The notes below the pieces were generated by a model. It searched no databases. It was not told the origin of the DNA and saw only the letters and a list, made by a program, of their open reading frames with translations. Both the position numbers and the translations under genes were made by a program. DNA of 63,908 bases, filler included, from Reclinomonas americana ATCC 50394 (lineage: Eukaryota), in NCBI GenBank assembly GCA_048213135.1. It is 8 parts of 4 records of this genome, joined end to end, with 100 filler letters (N's around TTAATTAATTAA, not from the genome) between each part and the next. Parts side by side here need not be neighbours in the genome. Positions count along the whole stretch, not along the records: positions 1 to 25,627 come from PS015249.1; 7 more parts are not named here. One strand, written 5' to 3'. Positions 1 to 14,239 of this stretch are shown in pieces. Each line of letters starts with the position of its first letter. Positions within the stretch are counted from its first letter, which is position 1.

Positions 1-565
1 TTTTCTCAACCTCTCTCACTCTCTCTTCTTCTCCTGTCTCTGCTTCCCTTGCTGATTCGTGTAACCGCTGCGTCGGCCAATCTGGCGGTGGTCCTGGGAA
101 CGATGTGGCGATTGTTATTTTCAGGGGGATTGGTGGATAGGCAATGGACGAGGTTGTTGTGTGGAGTGTCCGCCCTGCTCTTCCTCCCTGTCTTCTCTGT
201 TCTCTAGGTTGTGCACTTTGCTGCTTTGTGTCAAGCTTCTTGTATCTTCTGTATTTCTTGTTTGTCTGCAAATGAAGTCCTTTTCTCAACCTCTCTCACT
301 CTTTCTCACTCTTGTCTCTGCTTCCCTTGCTGATTCGTGTATCCGCTGCGTCGGCCAATCTGGCGGCGGTGCTGGGAACGATGTGGAGATTGTTATTTTC
401 AAGGGGATTGGTGGATAGGCAATGGACGAGGTTGTTGTGTGGGGTGTCCGCCCTGCTCTCTCTGTTCTCTAGGTTGTGCACTTTGCTGCTTTGTGTCAAG
501 CTTCTTGTATCTTCTGTATTTCGTGTTATTTGTCTGCAAATGAGGTCCTTTTCTCAACCTCTTCT
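1..565. repeat. Tandem duplication of a ~280 bp unit (two copies plus the start of a third)
   Basis: ttttctcaacctct recurs at about 1, 281 and 550. The internal block cgctgcgtcggccaatctggcgg...gcaatggacgaggttgttgtgtgg is near-identical in both copies. Confidence 0.9.
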
Positions 566-766
566 CACTCTCTCTCGCTCTTGTCTCTCTCTCTCTCTNN
601 NNNNNNNNNNNNNNNNNNNNNNNNNNNNNNNNNNNNNNNNNNNNNNNNNNNNNNNNNNNNNNNNNNNNNNNNNNNNNNNNNNNNNNNNNNNNNNNNNNNN
701 NNNNNNNNNNNNNNNNNNNNNNNNNNNNNNNNNNNNNNNNNNNNNNNNNNNNNNNNNNNNNNNNNN

Positions 767-3700
767 CTTGGAGGTTCTTGTGCGACCGTCCTCTCTTTCT
801 CTCTCTCCCTCGCCCTCCCTCTCCCTCTTTCTTCCCTTGAATCTTCTCTCTTCTCGGATTGAGACGCGCTCTTATTGTGTTCGCCTCTCACTCTTCTCTC
901 ACTTGTCCAGTGACCGCGCCACCACCGAAAGACCTCAAGACAAGGGCCTTCTCGGCGCCACGTTGGAGAAGATTGTGGTGGAGGCTGAGGAGCGGCCAAT
1001 GCCCATCAAGAACTTTCAGTTTCCAGTTCCGTCCGCATTGTCGATTCTCTTGTGACTTCCTGCGAGACTCACCGCCCCCTTCTATCTGCTGCAGAATGTC
1101 GACCCGAAACTGCTGCCACCACCCGTTCGTGAGAGCTTCCGGCTATTTCGTGGCGAGTGGAAAGTCGTGCGGAGAAAAACCAACAAGTACAAGTCTGTGG
1201 ATCTCCAGTCGGTGCGTTTCTCCCTGCGTGGCATTCTCTCTCTCTCTTCATTCTTCGCCTCTCATCTCCTCTCGCCACAGGCCACCTCTTCGCGACCAGT
1301 GTTTGAGTTGTTTGACGGCAACACGGAGTGGAATGGTGGCGCCGAGCGTGAGCTGTGCCATCGCCAATTAGTGCCGCCATATCCGCTCAAGGCGTTGCGT
1401 CCGCGTCAGCATGTGTGAGTTTCTTTTTTCCGTGGAGATCTTCTAATGTTGGTGGTCGCGTGACGCTGCAGTGCCACCAAGTTTGTCGTCACGGCGCACC
1501 GACTGTGGTTTGAGGCGGGTGATCTGGAGCCCATGTTTTGTGGACTCGCTCTGTACAACATCAAGACCCGGGCCAAGTTGTCGGAGACCTTTTATTTCCA
1601 GCTCAACGCGCGTTCACTGAACACGTTGCTGCCGACCGGCAGCGGGGCGCAGCAGACCGCGTTTGAGTTTGGTCGCGACTCGGGATCACCGTCGGTGGCA
1701 CGGGCTCTTTTTTCGCTGACCAATCCCGATCCAGCAGGTGTGTGTGAGAGGGAGATGAAGAGCGAGAGAAGTGGGAGGACGTATAGCAGCACATTCTATT
1801 CCATCTCGTTCCGGTCTTCGTTCCATGGTGCTTGCCTTCTCTATCCTCTTGCTCCTTGCTCATCCTCCTCTCTTTCTCTCTCTCCTGTCTTTCCCTTGTC
1901 TTCCCTCTTCGATTTCTCCCTTCGCCTTCCGCTTTCAGTCTCCTCCTTTTTGATCATCCCGCCTTCTCCTTCTCCTCTTTGTTCTTCCCGCCTCCACCTT
2001 CTNNNNNNNNNNNNNNNNNNNNCCTTCCCACCTTCCGCCTCCCCCCTACTCCCGTCCCCCTTCTCTCCTTTCCATTTCCTCCTTCCCCTTTTCCTCCCCC
2101 CCCCCTTCATTCTTTCCCTTTTCCACTCACCCTTTCCCTTTCCCTTCCCCCCCCCCCCTCCCCCTTGTGCAGTGGCGCTGGTGATGTGGGTGGAAAAGGT
2201 GCTGCAGGGCGCACCCGAGAGCACCACGCATCGCCCGTACACGTCCGTGCGGCTGGCAGCCGAGGACAAGAACTTTGTGCCATCTGAGTTGCGGCAGTTA
2301 TTGTTGTTGTCTTGCTTCTTCTGGTGAAGATCAATCTGACACGCGTGCAACAGAATGGCACGCCTGAAGGCACGCGAAGTGTGCATTCAGTACGGCGACT
2401 ACCGCGAGCCCTTTGTGTGGACCGCGCTGCCGCTCTTTCATCGCGAGGCCGAGCTGGCGTCGCGTCGCACGCAGGATCGTGATTTCGCCACCATGGACAT
2501 TTCGTCGGAGGGCACGTCGCCGGGTGAACGGTTGCACATGCGCAAGGGCTACATTCGTTTGCGGCCGTTGTATCAGGTGAGAATCAGCGTTCTTTGAGGG
2601 GAGAGAGAGAGAGAGCGCGCGCGCGCGCGCACGCGACTGCCGATCCACGAAGAAGAATGTGTATGCGTGCAAGATTATTTTTCCCTTCTAATCCACTTTT
2701 TCTCTCAGGTCCCGGCCTCGGACGAGTCCCGTCCGTTCGATTTTTGCGAGTACATCAACTCGGGCAATGCCGACATGCACCTGCGTATGATTCCCGGCCA
2801 CATTGCACTCAGCGTCACGTTGCGTGAACCCCCATGATTTTTCCTCCTTTCTTTCCTGACACTCGCCGCACTCCTCCGCCCTCAGTCCAATCGCCGCCGA
2901 CATTGATGACGCGACACTGGCCGACCTCGATGCTGAGGAGAAGCGCAAGCGTCGCAAGTCAACCGCCAGGGCGGCGAACGGTTCATCCATTCCCGACGCT
3001 GCGGCAGACGACTCGGACGACTCGGATTCCGCCACCGAGGACGAGGCGGAGGACGACGGCGCCGTTGTCTCGCGTGGCAGGGTGCGATCCACATTTCGGC
3101 GAATGCTCATAATGGTCAAGCTTCTGTCTCACATCTGTGTGCGATCAGGCCCAGCAAGCGCTGCGAAAGCTGGCCAAGAAGAGTCGCCGCGACGAGCAGC
3201 AAATGCTGTACCAGCGTTTCCTGTACGAGGAGCGCCTGCTGCGCAGTTACACACTGGTGCAGGAGATTCCCACCAGCATCCCGCGCACACCGTACTTTAC
3301 GTATCAGCACGAACTCTTTGTGTACCCGTTGGTGGCGCGTTTTGGCGGTGTGCGCGATGCGCGCAACATCCTCGTGAGGGTGAGTGTGCACGGACACGCA
3401 CCAGCTGCAATCTCAGCGCCACACCTCATTTCCGTGCGCACGCACAGGCCATTCTGCGCGACACGGATGACCTGCCGTACCCGATTGGATCGCTGGCCGG
3501 GAGCGATGGCAGTGGCGCACCGCCGTCACCATCGGGCGGTGGCGGCGACGAGCTGTTGCCTGGCACACTGAGTGCGTTCCGCACAAAGCACGGCTCGCCC
3601 AAGTTTTGCCCGATGGCGCAGTCGGAGGTCCACTACAATGTGCGCAACCCGCAGTTCTTTGACGAATTCCGCGTCAACCTGCCGGTGCCGTTCCAGCGCA

Positions 3701-6700
3701 AGCACCATCTCCTGTTCTTGTTCTACAACATTAGCAGTCGCCGCAACATTGTGAGCACCAACGAGCTGGTGCCGGCCACCAAGGTCAGCTGCCCGCGTAA
3801 TGACTCGTTGTGCGTCACCTTTTTCCGCTGTGTTTCTCATGGAACTTGCAGACGCTGCTGGGTTACTCCATCATGCCCATTTTCGAGGAGGGCATCATTG
3901 CGGACAAGGAGCACGAGTTGGAGGTGTACACCGGCCTCCTCTCCGGTTACATGGAGCACGGACCACGCTCGACGTTTCGTATGCGGTGTGCTCGTGGGGT
4001 TGCGCGTGGTCTCTTACATGCTTTCACACAGATGTCCGGTGGTGGCTGGCGGTCGCAAACTGTTTACGTGCCGCACGCGACTCGTTAGCACCATTCAGCC
4101 GCAGGATGATTCGGTCAACAAGTTCTACAGTGGCTGCTCTCCGCTTCTCGACACGCTGGAATTCACGTGCGTTGATTTGTGCTCGATCCTCTTCCTTTTG
4201 CCGTCTCATATCTTGCCCCTCCACTCAGTCGTGGCAAGCGCAATGTGCGTTTCCTGGAGGCCGCCCTGGGCCAATGTCGCGAGACGATGAGTGGACTGCG
4301 TCAGGCCGACTTTTCACGCCTGCTTCCGTACTTGCCCGTTGCGTGGAGGTTGACTTACTTCTACCCTGCTCCTGCTTCCTTCCTCAAAGCTGTCCTGGCG
4401 GCGTAGGTACTTCTCAATCTGCTGTTGCAAACCATGGCGCAAGTGCCTCGCCTGGTGATGGTCGACGGAGGTGGCAGCTCTGGCGGCGGTGGTGGCTTTG
4501 GCGGTGGCATGGAGCCACTGGGCATGTCATCGCCCAGTGCCTTCTCACCTCCCGCCAACGTCGCGGCGCAATCGCGGTCACCGATCCTTCCGCCACTCAA
4601 CCTGACTGGAGTGACTTCGCCAACGCTCTCGTCGCCCGGCTCGCAAAAGGGATCACCCGTGCCCGCCTTGAATCTGGCCGCACTGCAACAGACCTCTCGT
4701 TGCGTCCTCTCTGTCTCATCTTATTCTGCGCTTGTATAGTTTCGCTCACCCTTCCACATCCGTGCGCAGCCCCGCAAGCCGCCAGTGCCTCGGAAAAGGC
4801 CATGTCGCTGATCAAGTCGAACGGCGGCAGCTCGGCATCGCTTGCGTCGCCGCGCTCGGCCACCGATGCTCCCACACTGAGTGCGCTCGGTGCTGCCGGT
4901 GCACTGATGTTGCAGCCGAGACCGACTCGCGGCGTCAGTGGCGCAGGCGGACCTGCGTCGCCTCGCCAGAGCGCGGTGAGTATGCATGCTCACCTGCGCC
5001 ACACTCTTTTTTTATGAGTCGTTGCTCATGTGATTCGTGCAGGGCCACCGTTTTTCGTTCGGCCTGCGAGAGCGTTCGCACAGCACTGCCGGTGACTCGC
5101 TGGAATCGCCGCGCAGCAACTCCGTCATGAGCACGCCGGAGCAACAGAACCCGCTGGCAGCGACGGCGGCAGCCGCTGCTGCAGCAACTGGCGGCACTTC
5201 GTCGCCACGTGGATCGCGCAGATCGACCACCTTTGTCTCGATGGAGAAGGCGCCGGAGCGAATGACATCGCTGCTCACGTCCATGTTGCAAGGTTCGTGT
5301 GCCACGTAAGCTGATTCTCTCTCGATTGTCATTCACTCACCCCATGTTGGTGTTCGCTCTGCGCAGGCACGGCGGCCGCGCCCAAGCCTGTGGAGGAAAA
5401 GATCACCACGCATGCTCTCGCCGAGAAGTTGTCGGAGACCGTCAAATTGTCGTCGCCACGCAACTCGCCGCTCAACTCGCCGCGCAACTCTCTGCCCTCT
5501 GGCTCGACTCCACCATTGCGCCTGTCTGACGCACTGGCATCGCCGCCGACGGCGGGAGCAGCGCCGATCAGCATGCTCTCTGGATCGCCCGATTCACCAC
5601 GCAATGCGCTTGGCTCGTCGCCCACATCGCGTGGTTCATTCAGCGGCGGAGAGAGTCAGCCGTCGCCCAGACGGCACTCGGTGGCCATTGGATTGTCGGC
5701 GCCCCGCATGGCTGCCTCGCCTCCTGATCGTGGATCACAGCGGGTGCGTGCGCTCCACCTATTTTGGTCGTCGTCACCACTGCTTCTCATTTGTGCTGCG
5801 CAGTTCATGGAGAGTGTTTCCCACGTGCAACGCACGTGCTTCATCACTCTGCTGTCGCTGCTGCGCGAGTCGGCCAAGGCTCTCGAGATGCAGCGCGAGC
5901 GTCGCACCGTTGTGGCCTCGGCTGGTGCGTTATTGCAGCCACTTGAGCGTTGATGCTGCTGGCTCTGAGAACTTACGTACGCGTTGTGTAATAGGTGCCG
6001 ATTCGAGTGGTGACGATTCGAGCGCGCTCGCCATGTCCATCAGACTGATGCGTGGCGTGTCAACGCACAATGTGGTCCCGACTCTGCCGTCTGCGGCGTC
6101 GCTGACTTCATCGTCGCGCCGGCAGTTGCTGGGCTCTGCGTCCTCGTCGTCATTGTCGGCAGGTGTGTGTGTGTGCAACAGCTGCAGTGATTGTTGAAGC
6201 GTACTTTTTCTCCTCGTTGCATTGATCCCGGCCCCTCTTCTGTTCGCAGCAGATCCGGTGGTGCAGTCGCTGTCGTACAGCACACGACAGAACACGCTGT
6301 TGTCGTCGTATGTGCAGTACATTTTCGACAGCATGGACACGGAGCGACCGTTCCACTTGGTGCTGATGGAGGAGTGGCTGAAGCTGCTGTCGTACGACGA
6401 CCTGTTCACGCCGCAGGCCATTGACGATTTGCGTGCCCGCCTCGCTCGTCGTGCCAGTTCCGTGCCTCTGGCCACACTCCGCTCGGCCACCAGTCCATCG
6501 CTGGCCTCGGATGTGAGTCGCGTGATGGTCAGTCCCTCCAGTGGCCTCATCAGCACCAAGGCCGACGCCGTTCCCGCCGTCGACGAACCGCCGGTCAGCC
6601 CGCCACCGGCCGCTGGCTCCGCGTTTGCTGACCTGCCGCTGGAGGATGAGCGTTCTCTCCTGTCGTCGGCCACTCATGCAGATGAGTTGGAGGACGTGGA

Positions 6701-9700
6701 GGAGGTCGCAGAAGACGTCAACGTTTCGTGCATGATCAGTTCTCGATGACTCCTTGCTGTCAAATCACGTGCTTATTCCCCTTTCTTTCGCTGCTGCAGT
6801 TTGAAGACGACGACGAGATCAAGCGCGCCAATCAGCGCCGTATCGAGTTCGCCTTGCTGCTGCACCGGTTCACACGCTCACTGCCGACGGCGTCCGATTT
6901 GGAGCAGCAGGCTGAGATGCTGGCAGTGGGTCGTCGGCTCGAGGCCGAGGTTCGTGATTTTCCATGCGTATCGCCGCACTTTTATTTTCTTTGTGTGTTG
7001 AAGCGTTTCTTTCTTGCTCTCCGCAGTGCGACACGCCGCGATTGCCCATTATTATTCGCGGAGAGGATCGTCGCGAGTCGGAGCGGCTGGTTACCGAGGC
7101 TCTTGGTGACCTGAATCGCTTCACCTGGTTCTTCATGGACATCCTCATCAAGAGCCTGATTTTGTTCCTCAAGCGGAACGAATCGCAGCCGGGAAGTGCG
7201 CCCCGCAGCCGTCACGGATCTGGCGACTTGCGTCTGGACGATGTGCGTCATTCGGGACAGCTGCGGTGTTTGCAACCCAGACATGCTAACTGTTGATATG
7301 TGTGTGTGCGTAGGATGCATTGATGGACGACGACGAGCACGACTTGGAGGCCGACATGATGGACATGGTGTCGTTGATCCTGGAGGGTGTCACGCACCAG
7401 GCGTTCCACTTGATGAAGAACCAGTCGTACGACGCCAAGTCCGTGTTCACCGCCACAGAGATGGTGCGCGCTGTGGCGCTCTTTGTGCGCGATCTCATTG
7501 GCCTCGTCGACCTGTCGTTTGTCATGCATTTGGTGCGTCCGCCAACTCGACATCCAGCCCTTCCCCTTCGCTCGCTGACTCTCTTTTTCACAGGTGACAT
7601 CCTTTATGGAAAACACTGGCTTCCAGTGGGGCCGCGGTGTCAGGGACAAGCGCGCGGTCGACGATGCATCGAGCGCTGGTGCCGCTGGCGAGTCAATGTC
7701 GTCGGCCTCGCGTGGTCGCTCCAACTCGGTGATTGGCCCGGTGACGAGTTGAGTATTTTTTCTTCTCGATAATGCTTCCTGGCCTCCGCCACATGCTGAG
7801 CGCCCCCCGTCATTAGCTACCCTGATGACACCGCCTGCGTGCGCACTGACAATGCGCATGGAGTTCCTGCGTGTGCTGCTCGATGTGCCGTACCTGCTGG
7901 ACTTGTCTGGCATCCAGGTGACGGCGCCGCTGCAGTCGACGCACCCGCAACCGATTCTGCCGACTCTGCCGCAATGGCTCTCCGCCGTGTTTGTGCAGGT
8001 GCTGGAGGAGCCGACGTTGCAGACGAGGCGGCTGGTGCGCATCGCATAGTTTACTTCCTCGTTCCCTCAATTTCCCCAGCACTCACTGTTGGACGTTGAT
8101 ACAGGGAATCGCCGCTGTGCGCCAACTCTTCCGCCAGCACGACCTCGATTCAAAGTATCAGACACCGGATGGAAGACATCGTCTCGCGGCCATGTACTTG
8201 CCTCTGTTGTCCACTGTTGCGTTTGATTGCCTGGTGCTGACTCTTGATTCATTGCCGTCGCCTCACGTTTTCCATAGATTATCGATTCGGTCCTGCTGAT
8301 CGAGTTCTACACGGAGGAGGACCAGCGGGAGTTGCTGCTGTGTGCGGTGTACCTGCTGCGCAGCTTGAACCGGGAATTTGTTATGTTGCGTTTTCTTCGT
8401 GCTGGCACACCGCCTTTCAAACATGTGTTGACTGACTGCCTGCATCGCAGTGACTGGCTGAGTCGTCGACCATACTCGTTTGTATGTCGCCTGCTGCGCC
8501 TGCTGAACCACACCATTCGGCTATTTGTCAGTTCCAACACTGCAGAAGTCGACGAGGTACATTTTCGGTGTTCTCTTGTGTGCTCTCTCTGCATTGCTGA
8601 CCTTTCCGTGCAATAGGTGGTGTCTCTGAAGGACGTGTACGAACGCGGTGGTGTGGCGCCGGACACTGCAAGACACGAGGTGTTTAGCGACGTTGTTGGT
8701 CTGCTGGCGCTGGACTTGGCACGTGTGTGCATTGTGACAACTGCCAGCAAGCCGCTGGGCGTGTCGGCCATGATGCTGCAGCCGTCGGACGAAGAGGATT
8801 CCGCTACGGTTTCGTCTACACGCATGCCCTGATGATCACACTTTTTGTTCTTCAAGTCTCTGTGTCTCACTTACTGGAACAGACGGCCCCGGCTCGCGTC
8901 GCCGATTTTGTGTCCAAGACATCCAATGCCGCGGTGGATGCGCCGTCGAGTGCCACTGGCCCGATTCGTGCAATGGCGGAGGAGGCTGCGGCCATGTTGC
9001 ATCAGGCGCTCTACACGCCTGTCGAGTCTTCACGTGCCTCGCGCAATGTGACGAATCGGCTACGAGTAAGCGCGGGCGGAAGGTGAGCGAGGGAGAGGGA
9101 GCGCAAGGCAAAATGTCATCTGCGAGACACGTGATTGACCTCCGCCCTCCTTACTCGCAGCGGGTCAATGGAGTCCTCGCAACCACCACTGGACATTCTC
9201 AGCACCGTTGTGATGCGGGCTGTTACGCAGACGGTGCCGTGTTTCTTGTTGCATTTCGCGCCGTACATTGTTCCGGCTGGTCCATCTCGTTGCGTCTCTT
9301 TTGTCATCATCGTCCCCTTGACTCCCTTGCGCGAGTTCTCAACGATCGTACGAATGCAACAGCCACTGTGGCCCGCGAGTGCGGTCAACGGAGCTGGAAG
9401 CTGCTGTTCAGTGCCGTGTTTTCCCAGTGCAAGCTGCCGACGCTGCAAGAGTCGCCGCAAGAGTTGTCGGTGGTGTTGCATGCTCTCATTCGGGTCTGTT
9501 CCCCTCTTACGTCTCTCCATTCGTTCACCCGTCCATGAACTCACACTTCAATGTCCTGCAGACGGGTGAGGGCCTGCCGCTGGCAGCGAGCGACTTGTGG
9601 ATGGCCAAGTTCGCCGAGCTGTGCACCGTCATTCTGCCACAAGCAGAGCGCAGTGTGTCGGCACTGGACGGCTTCAATGTGCGCTGTCTGCAGGACTTTA

Positions 9701-12183
9701 TCTGGGAGTGCGTGACCAAGTCGGCGGTGGAGTTGCGGTTGTTTTGAATCATCTGCACAGCCGCGATGGTGTTGTGTTTCTCACACGACAATTGTTGCAG
9801 TACCGCCTCTGGACCCGTGCTCATCGAGTCGTACGATGAGGAGGTGGAGACGGCACGCGAAGTGATTCGAAGTGCCGAGCCCGAGTCGGACCAGAACTTG
9901 TTGTTTGAGGGCGACGATGAGGGTGCTGCTCCGGCTGCTGGCGCAGCGGTGGATACAGCGTCGAGCAGCGACTCATCTGCGCTGACACCGAATGCCACTC
10001 CGGACTCGGCCGACGGGCTGAGCTCATCCGCAGAGGTGCGTGTGAGGGTGGAATAGATAGAGTTCCCTCTCTCGTGTTTACGATGCTCACGCCTGTGAGA
10101 AAAATGCAGTCGGGTCCACGATCACCCACGAGCGCCCCTGCTGCTGCGGTCGCGCGCGCAGCGCGTTCACCCAACGCCTCCATCCGTGCCGGCACGGTGG
10201 AGAAGCTGATTGACATGATCACCAGCCCGAGCAATCAGGGTACGTCGTCGAGACGGCAGAGTATGAAGCAGAGAGCAGAGTGAGGGAGGCATTTTTGCTG
10301 ACTGGCTTCTTTTCCGACTCGCAGATCCCAACTACCGCACCGTTTATTTCCTCACGTACCGCTCGTTCACGCCGCCTGCCGAACTGCTGCGTGGTCTCTT
10401 GTTCCGCTTCATCGCCGCCGATGCAATGTCCGGCAACGATGACGGCATCACGACTCAAATCCGTTTGCGGTGCGTGCGCGAGATGTGATGTGAGAAGGAA
10501 GGACGAAGAGCTCATCACCCTGTCATCCGCCACAGTGTGTTTAACAACTTGCGCACGTGGGTCGACAAGCACTTTTACGATTTCGACAGCACGCTGGTGG
10601 CGAGGCTCGCGCGTTTCTGTGACATGTTCATGAGCACGCACTTGCGCGGCAATGGCGCGGCGCAGCTGCAAAAGTCGATTATCAAGCAGCTGGTGGGCAG
10701 TGGCATGAGTGGCGACATGGACTGGCAGCAGGCGCTTCAGCTGGTGACGCCGGAGCCAATGCTGCCGCGCAGTCGCATCACGCAGAACCAGACGTTTAAT
10801 CTGCTGCAAGTTGCGCCTCCTGTTCCATGGCTCTGTTGTTGCGTATTGTGGTGGTGGTGGGCGCTGATTGTTTCGTCTCGTCCCAGTGGCCGTCATTGGA
10901 GATTGCACGGCAGCTCACGCTGGTCGAGTATTCGCTCTTTAGAAGAATTCAGCCGCGTGAGTTGATGAATCAGTGCTGGACCAAGTCGCACAAGTACGAC
11001 TCGGCACCCAACATTATGCGCATGATTGACCGCTTCAACGTGGTGTCGCGCTATGTGGCGACGTCGATTGTCACCGAGCCCGACGTTGCTCGTCGCAAGA
11101 AGATCATGTCCAAGTGGATTGAGATTGCGCAGGTGAGGGAGGGGAATGGACGGGAAGGGGTAAAGGGGGGAATGGACAGAGAAGAGTTGTGTTTTATTGT
11201 GTGTGTGTGTGTGGTAAGAGTAATGATAGCGAGAGGGAACAACTATGCGTTTGAATTAGAGATAGAGAAAGCAGAGTACGTGGTGTGATGGGGAAGAGGG
11301 TAAGACATGGTTGAAATTGGAAAAGAAATGTGTGCTGAAAGGATGGGAAGTGTTGTGTGTGGAAGAGAGATAATGGATGTCACAGTGAAGTGCTGTGTGC
11401 AGGCGAGAGAAACGATAGAGAGAGTGGAGAAAAGTGGAGGAGAGATATGGAGCGAAGTTTTTGTGTGTGTTTGAGGATGCGTGTGAGTTGGTGTTCCGTG
11501 GAGTGAGAGGATTGCATAGAAGAAGAACCGTGGGTTTGCCCGTGTACGAGAGAAAGATAGTGTGGTGAAGCTTGTGTGTATGTGAGCAAGAGCGTGAGAT
11601 AAGGATATACATAGAATAGTGCTGTGTTTGTGTGCGTTGTCATCGTTCTTATGTGCCTCTCCACCTTTGCCTTCATGCCCCTAATCTCTTTCCATATCGC
11701 CCGCAGCTCTGCCGCACTCCGCTGAACAACCTCAACGGCGTGCACGAGATTCTGGGCGGCCTGTCCTCCGCCGCCGTGCATCGTCTGAAGCGAACCAAGG
11801 AGCTGATGTCGAAGCGCGTGGTACAGCTGCATGAGGAGCTGGACGAACTCATGTCGCCGCGCAACGGCATGTACCGACTGCGCCAGCATCTGCAGCAGGT
11901 GGATCCACCCTGCATCCCCTACATTGGTCTGTACTTTACGGATCTGGTATTCCTCGACGACGGTGCACCAAATACGTGGCGCGGAACGGCCATGGTGAAC
12001 TTTGCCAAGTGCCGTCGCATTGCCAAGGTCATTATGGAGATTGGCACGTATCAGCAGCAGCCGTACCCCATTCGACCGGTGCAATACCTGCTGCATCACT
12101 TGTCGTCGTCGCAGATGACGGTGCTGGACGATAATCAGCAGTTTGCGGCGTCGCTCAAGATTGAGCCGCGCGTGCGCGCTTAA
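767..12183 (+). CDS. Multi-exon DOCK-C (DOCK6/7/8-like) N-terminal, C2-DHR1 and ARM-like regions fused to a C-terminal REM + CDC25 RasGEF domain; 5' end not visible
   Basis: DOCK-like motifs: EPMFCGLALYNIKTRAKLSETFYFQLN (1533), VMWVEKVLQG, YREPFVWTALPLF, PYFTYQHELFVYP, EVHYNVRNPQFFDEFRVNLP..HHLLFLFYNIS (C2/DHR1), HDLDSKYQ..RLAAMYLPLL. RasGEF motifs: AEPESDQNLLFE, IRAGTVEKLI, FLTYRSF, VFNNLRTWVDKHFYDF, EIARQLTLVE, PPCIPYIGLYFTDL, VNFAK, SLKIEPR then TAA at 12181-12183. GT-AG introns are mostly 70-110 nt. Confidence 0.85.
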
Positions 12184-12353
12184 TCTCTTCTTTACTATCG
12201 TAACCCCAATTTTGACCTATTTTCTCTCTCTTGTGCTTTTACACCTTCGTGTCCATGTTTTTTTGTGTGTGTATGTGTGCCATTACAACTCTCCTTCTGA
12301 TCCTGTTTAAAAAAAGAAAGCCATGTACATTAATCGCTGCGCACATTTCATTG

Positions 12354-14170
12354 CTACCTCACTGGCCGATTGCTGGCCTCGCGCATTCCCTGCTCTAGAA
12401 GCTCATCGCCGACCCACAGACCCTCATTCTTTAGCCCCTGCACCTTGTCGGCATCCATGTTGACGTACCCAACGTGGCTGGCCACGCGTTTCGCTCGCGC
12501 CGCCGTGAAGCCATTGGCCAGCAGTGCCTCGTAGCCGACCAGATTGTTGAAGCGTTCGGGATCCATGGCCGTCATCACTGGAGGAGGAGGAGGAATTAGT
12601 GCAACGAAGAAGATGTAACAATGGAAGACATGGGCACGCACCGAGTCCCTCTCGAACATGCAGGTCGAGAATCGTATTGAACGCCTCCTGCTCCCAGATG
12701 CCGCGAAACACGTCGAGCATGTCAACCACTTGCGCCAGGAGACGTCGCACGCGATCATTCGGCTGTGCCAACCAGATGCCGGTGGAGAGACAGTACAGGA
12801 ACTGCAGCGAGAGACGGTGAGGTGACGGTGTGAGGTGGACGAGGGAGAGAGAGAGAGAGTGAGAGGGAGGTCGGCACGGACCGGAAACATGGGGCAGCGC
12901 GGGTACACCACACACGTGGTCGGCAAGTGGCGGAACGGCGCCCGCACTCGATTCTCGTAGCCGTGACTCCAGTACTCGGTGCGCGGGTCGGTGCTGTCGG
13001 TCAGTGCCTGCCAGTCGGGCAGCGGTGGATCCCATGTCACTCGATGCAGCAGCGTGCGATCTGCTGTGTTGCCGCCCTCGTGCCCCGACACGGTATCAAA
13101 GGCCGCAAACGCGAAATGCTTGTGCAGAAAGGGCAGTGGCTCCTGCTGGAATGCCACATCCACATCGGAGAACATGGGCTCGTAGCCGAGCACGGTGAAT
13201 GCGTGCCCATACAACCACTTCAAGTTGACTGCAGCCATGGAGGTGAGACGAAGAAAGCTGCCGAAAAGCAGACACACGGCACGCACCGTGATTGGCTGGC
13301 GTATCCCATCCACTATCGTCCACGTACAGCAAATCGGCAGGAAAGTTGGCCTCCTGCACCAGCGTCACGCGCGTCCGCTCATCGGTACACACCACCAGCG
13401 GGCGCTGAAAACGCGTGTTCCGTCGCAGGTGGTACACCCAGTTGAAGAGCCACTTGGCGTAGCCGACATTATGCACGCGCACCACCGTAAACATGACAAC
13501 ACGAGTGCCCGCGGCCACAAACTCCTCGGCCAGTCGTCGCGCACTGACATCAATGAACGTGCTGTTGGCGTGGTGGTGCGTGAAGAAGAAGCGAGGGTCG
13601 AGTCGCGGAGCCTGCACAAAGTCGCGTTCCAGTGCAGTGCACTCGTCGGCGGTGCGAACGAGGGGGGTCTGTGGAGGGCAAAGGAGATGGATGAGGAGGG
13701 GAGGGAAGAGAAGGGGAAGAGAAGGGGAAGAGAAGGGGAAGAGAAGGGGGGAGGAGAAGGGGGGAAGGAGAAGGGGAAGAAAGCAGAGAGCAGAGAGCAG
13801 AGAGAGAGAGAGAGAGAGCAGAGCAGAGAGCAGAGAACAAAGAGCAGAGAGAAGCGAGAGAGGAGAGAGGAAGAGAGTTGCTCACCGGCACATACTCAGG
13901 TCGAGGCAAATGCGTGAGCTTTGCGCGATGCACAGGGCCTTCTGTGAGCATAGTGCGCATGCCACTCACACTGCGCGCGCTGACCACTGCAGCCCACACA
14001 GAGGCGACAACCGCAAGAGCAGCACAGAAGAGGAGACTGGCGACGAGAAGTTGCATGGAGGAGGGATGCATGAGAGTGAGAGGTCGTTGTTGAGGTTGAG
14101 GTTGTTGTGAGAGAGAAGGAGCGGTGAGTGTCACTCGCACATCATCGCCGCCGTTGTTGGTCGAGGTCAT
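12354..14170 (-). CDS. Nucleotide-diphospho-sugar transferase (GT77-like), type II membrane protein, spliced
   Basis: N-terminal hydrophobic anchor LLVASLLFCAALAVVASVWAAVV; NVGYAKWLFNWVYHL, PLVVCTDE; LGYEPMFSDVDVAFQQEPLPFL with a DxD motif; EQEAFN. Start codon uncertain. Confidence 0.7.
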
Positions 14171-14239
14171 GCTGATGAGCGCATATGCGCAAAGGAAGAC
14201 GAGAAGGAAAACGAAATTGAGAGGACTCTTGCAAAGGAC

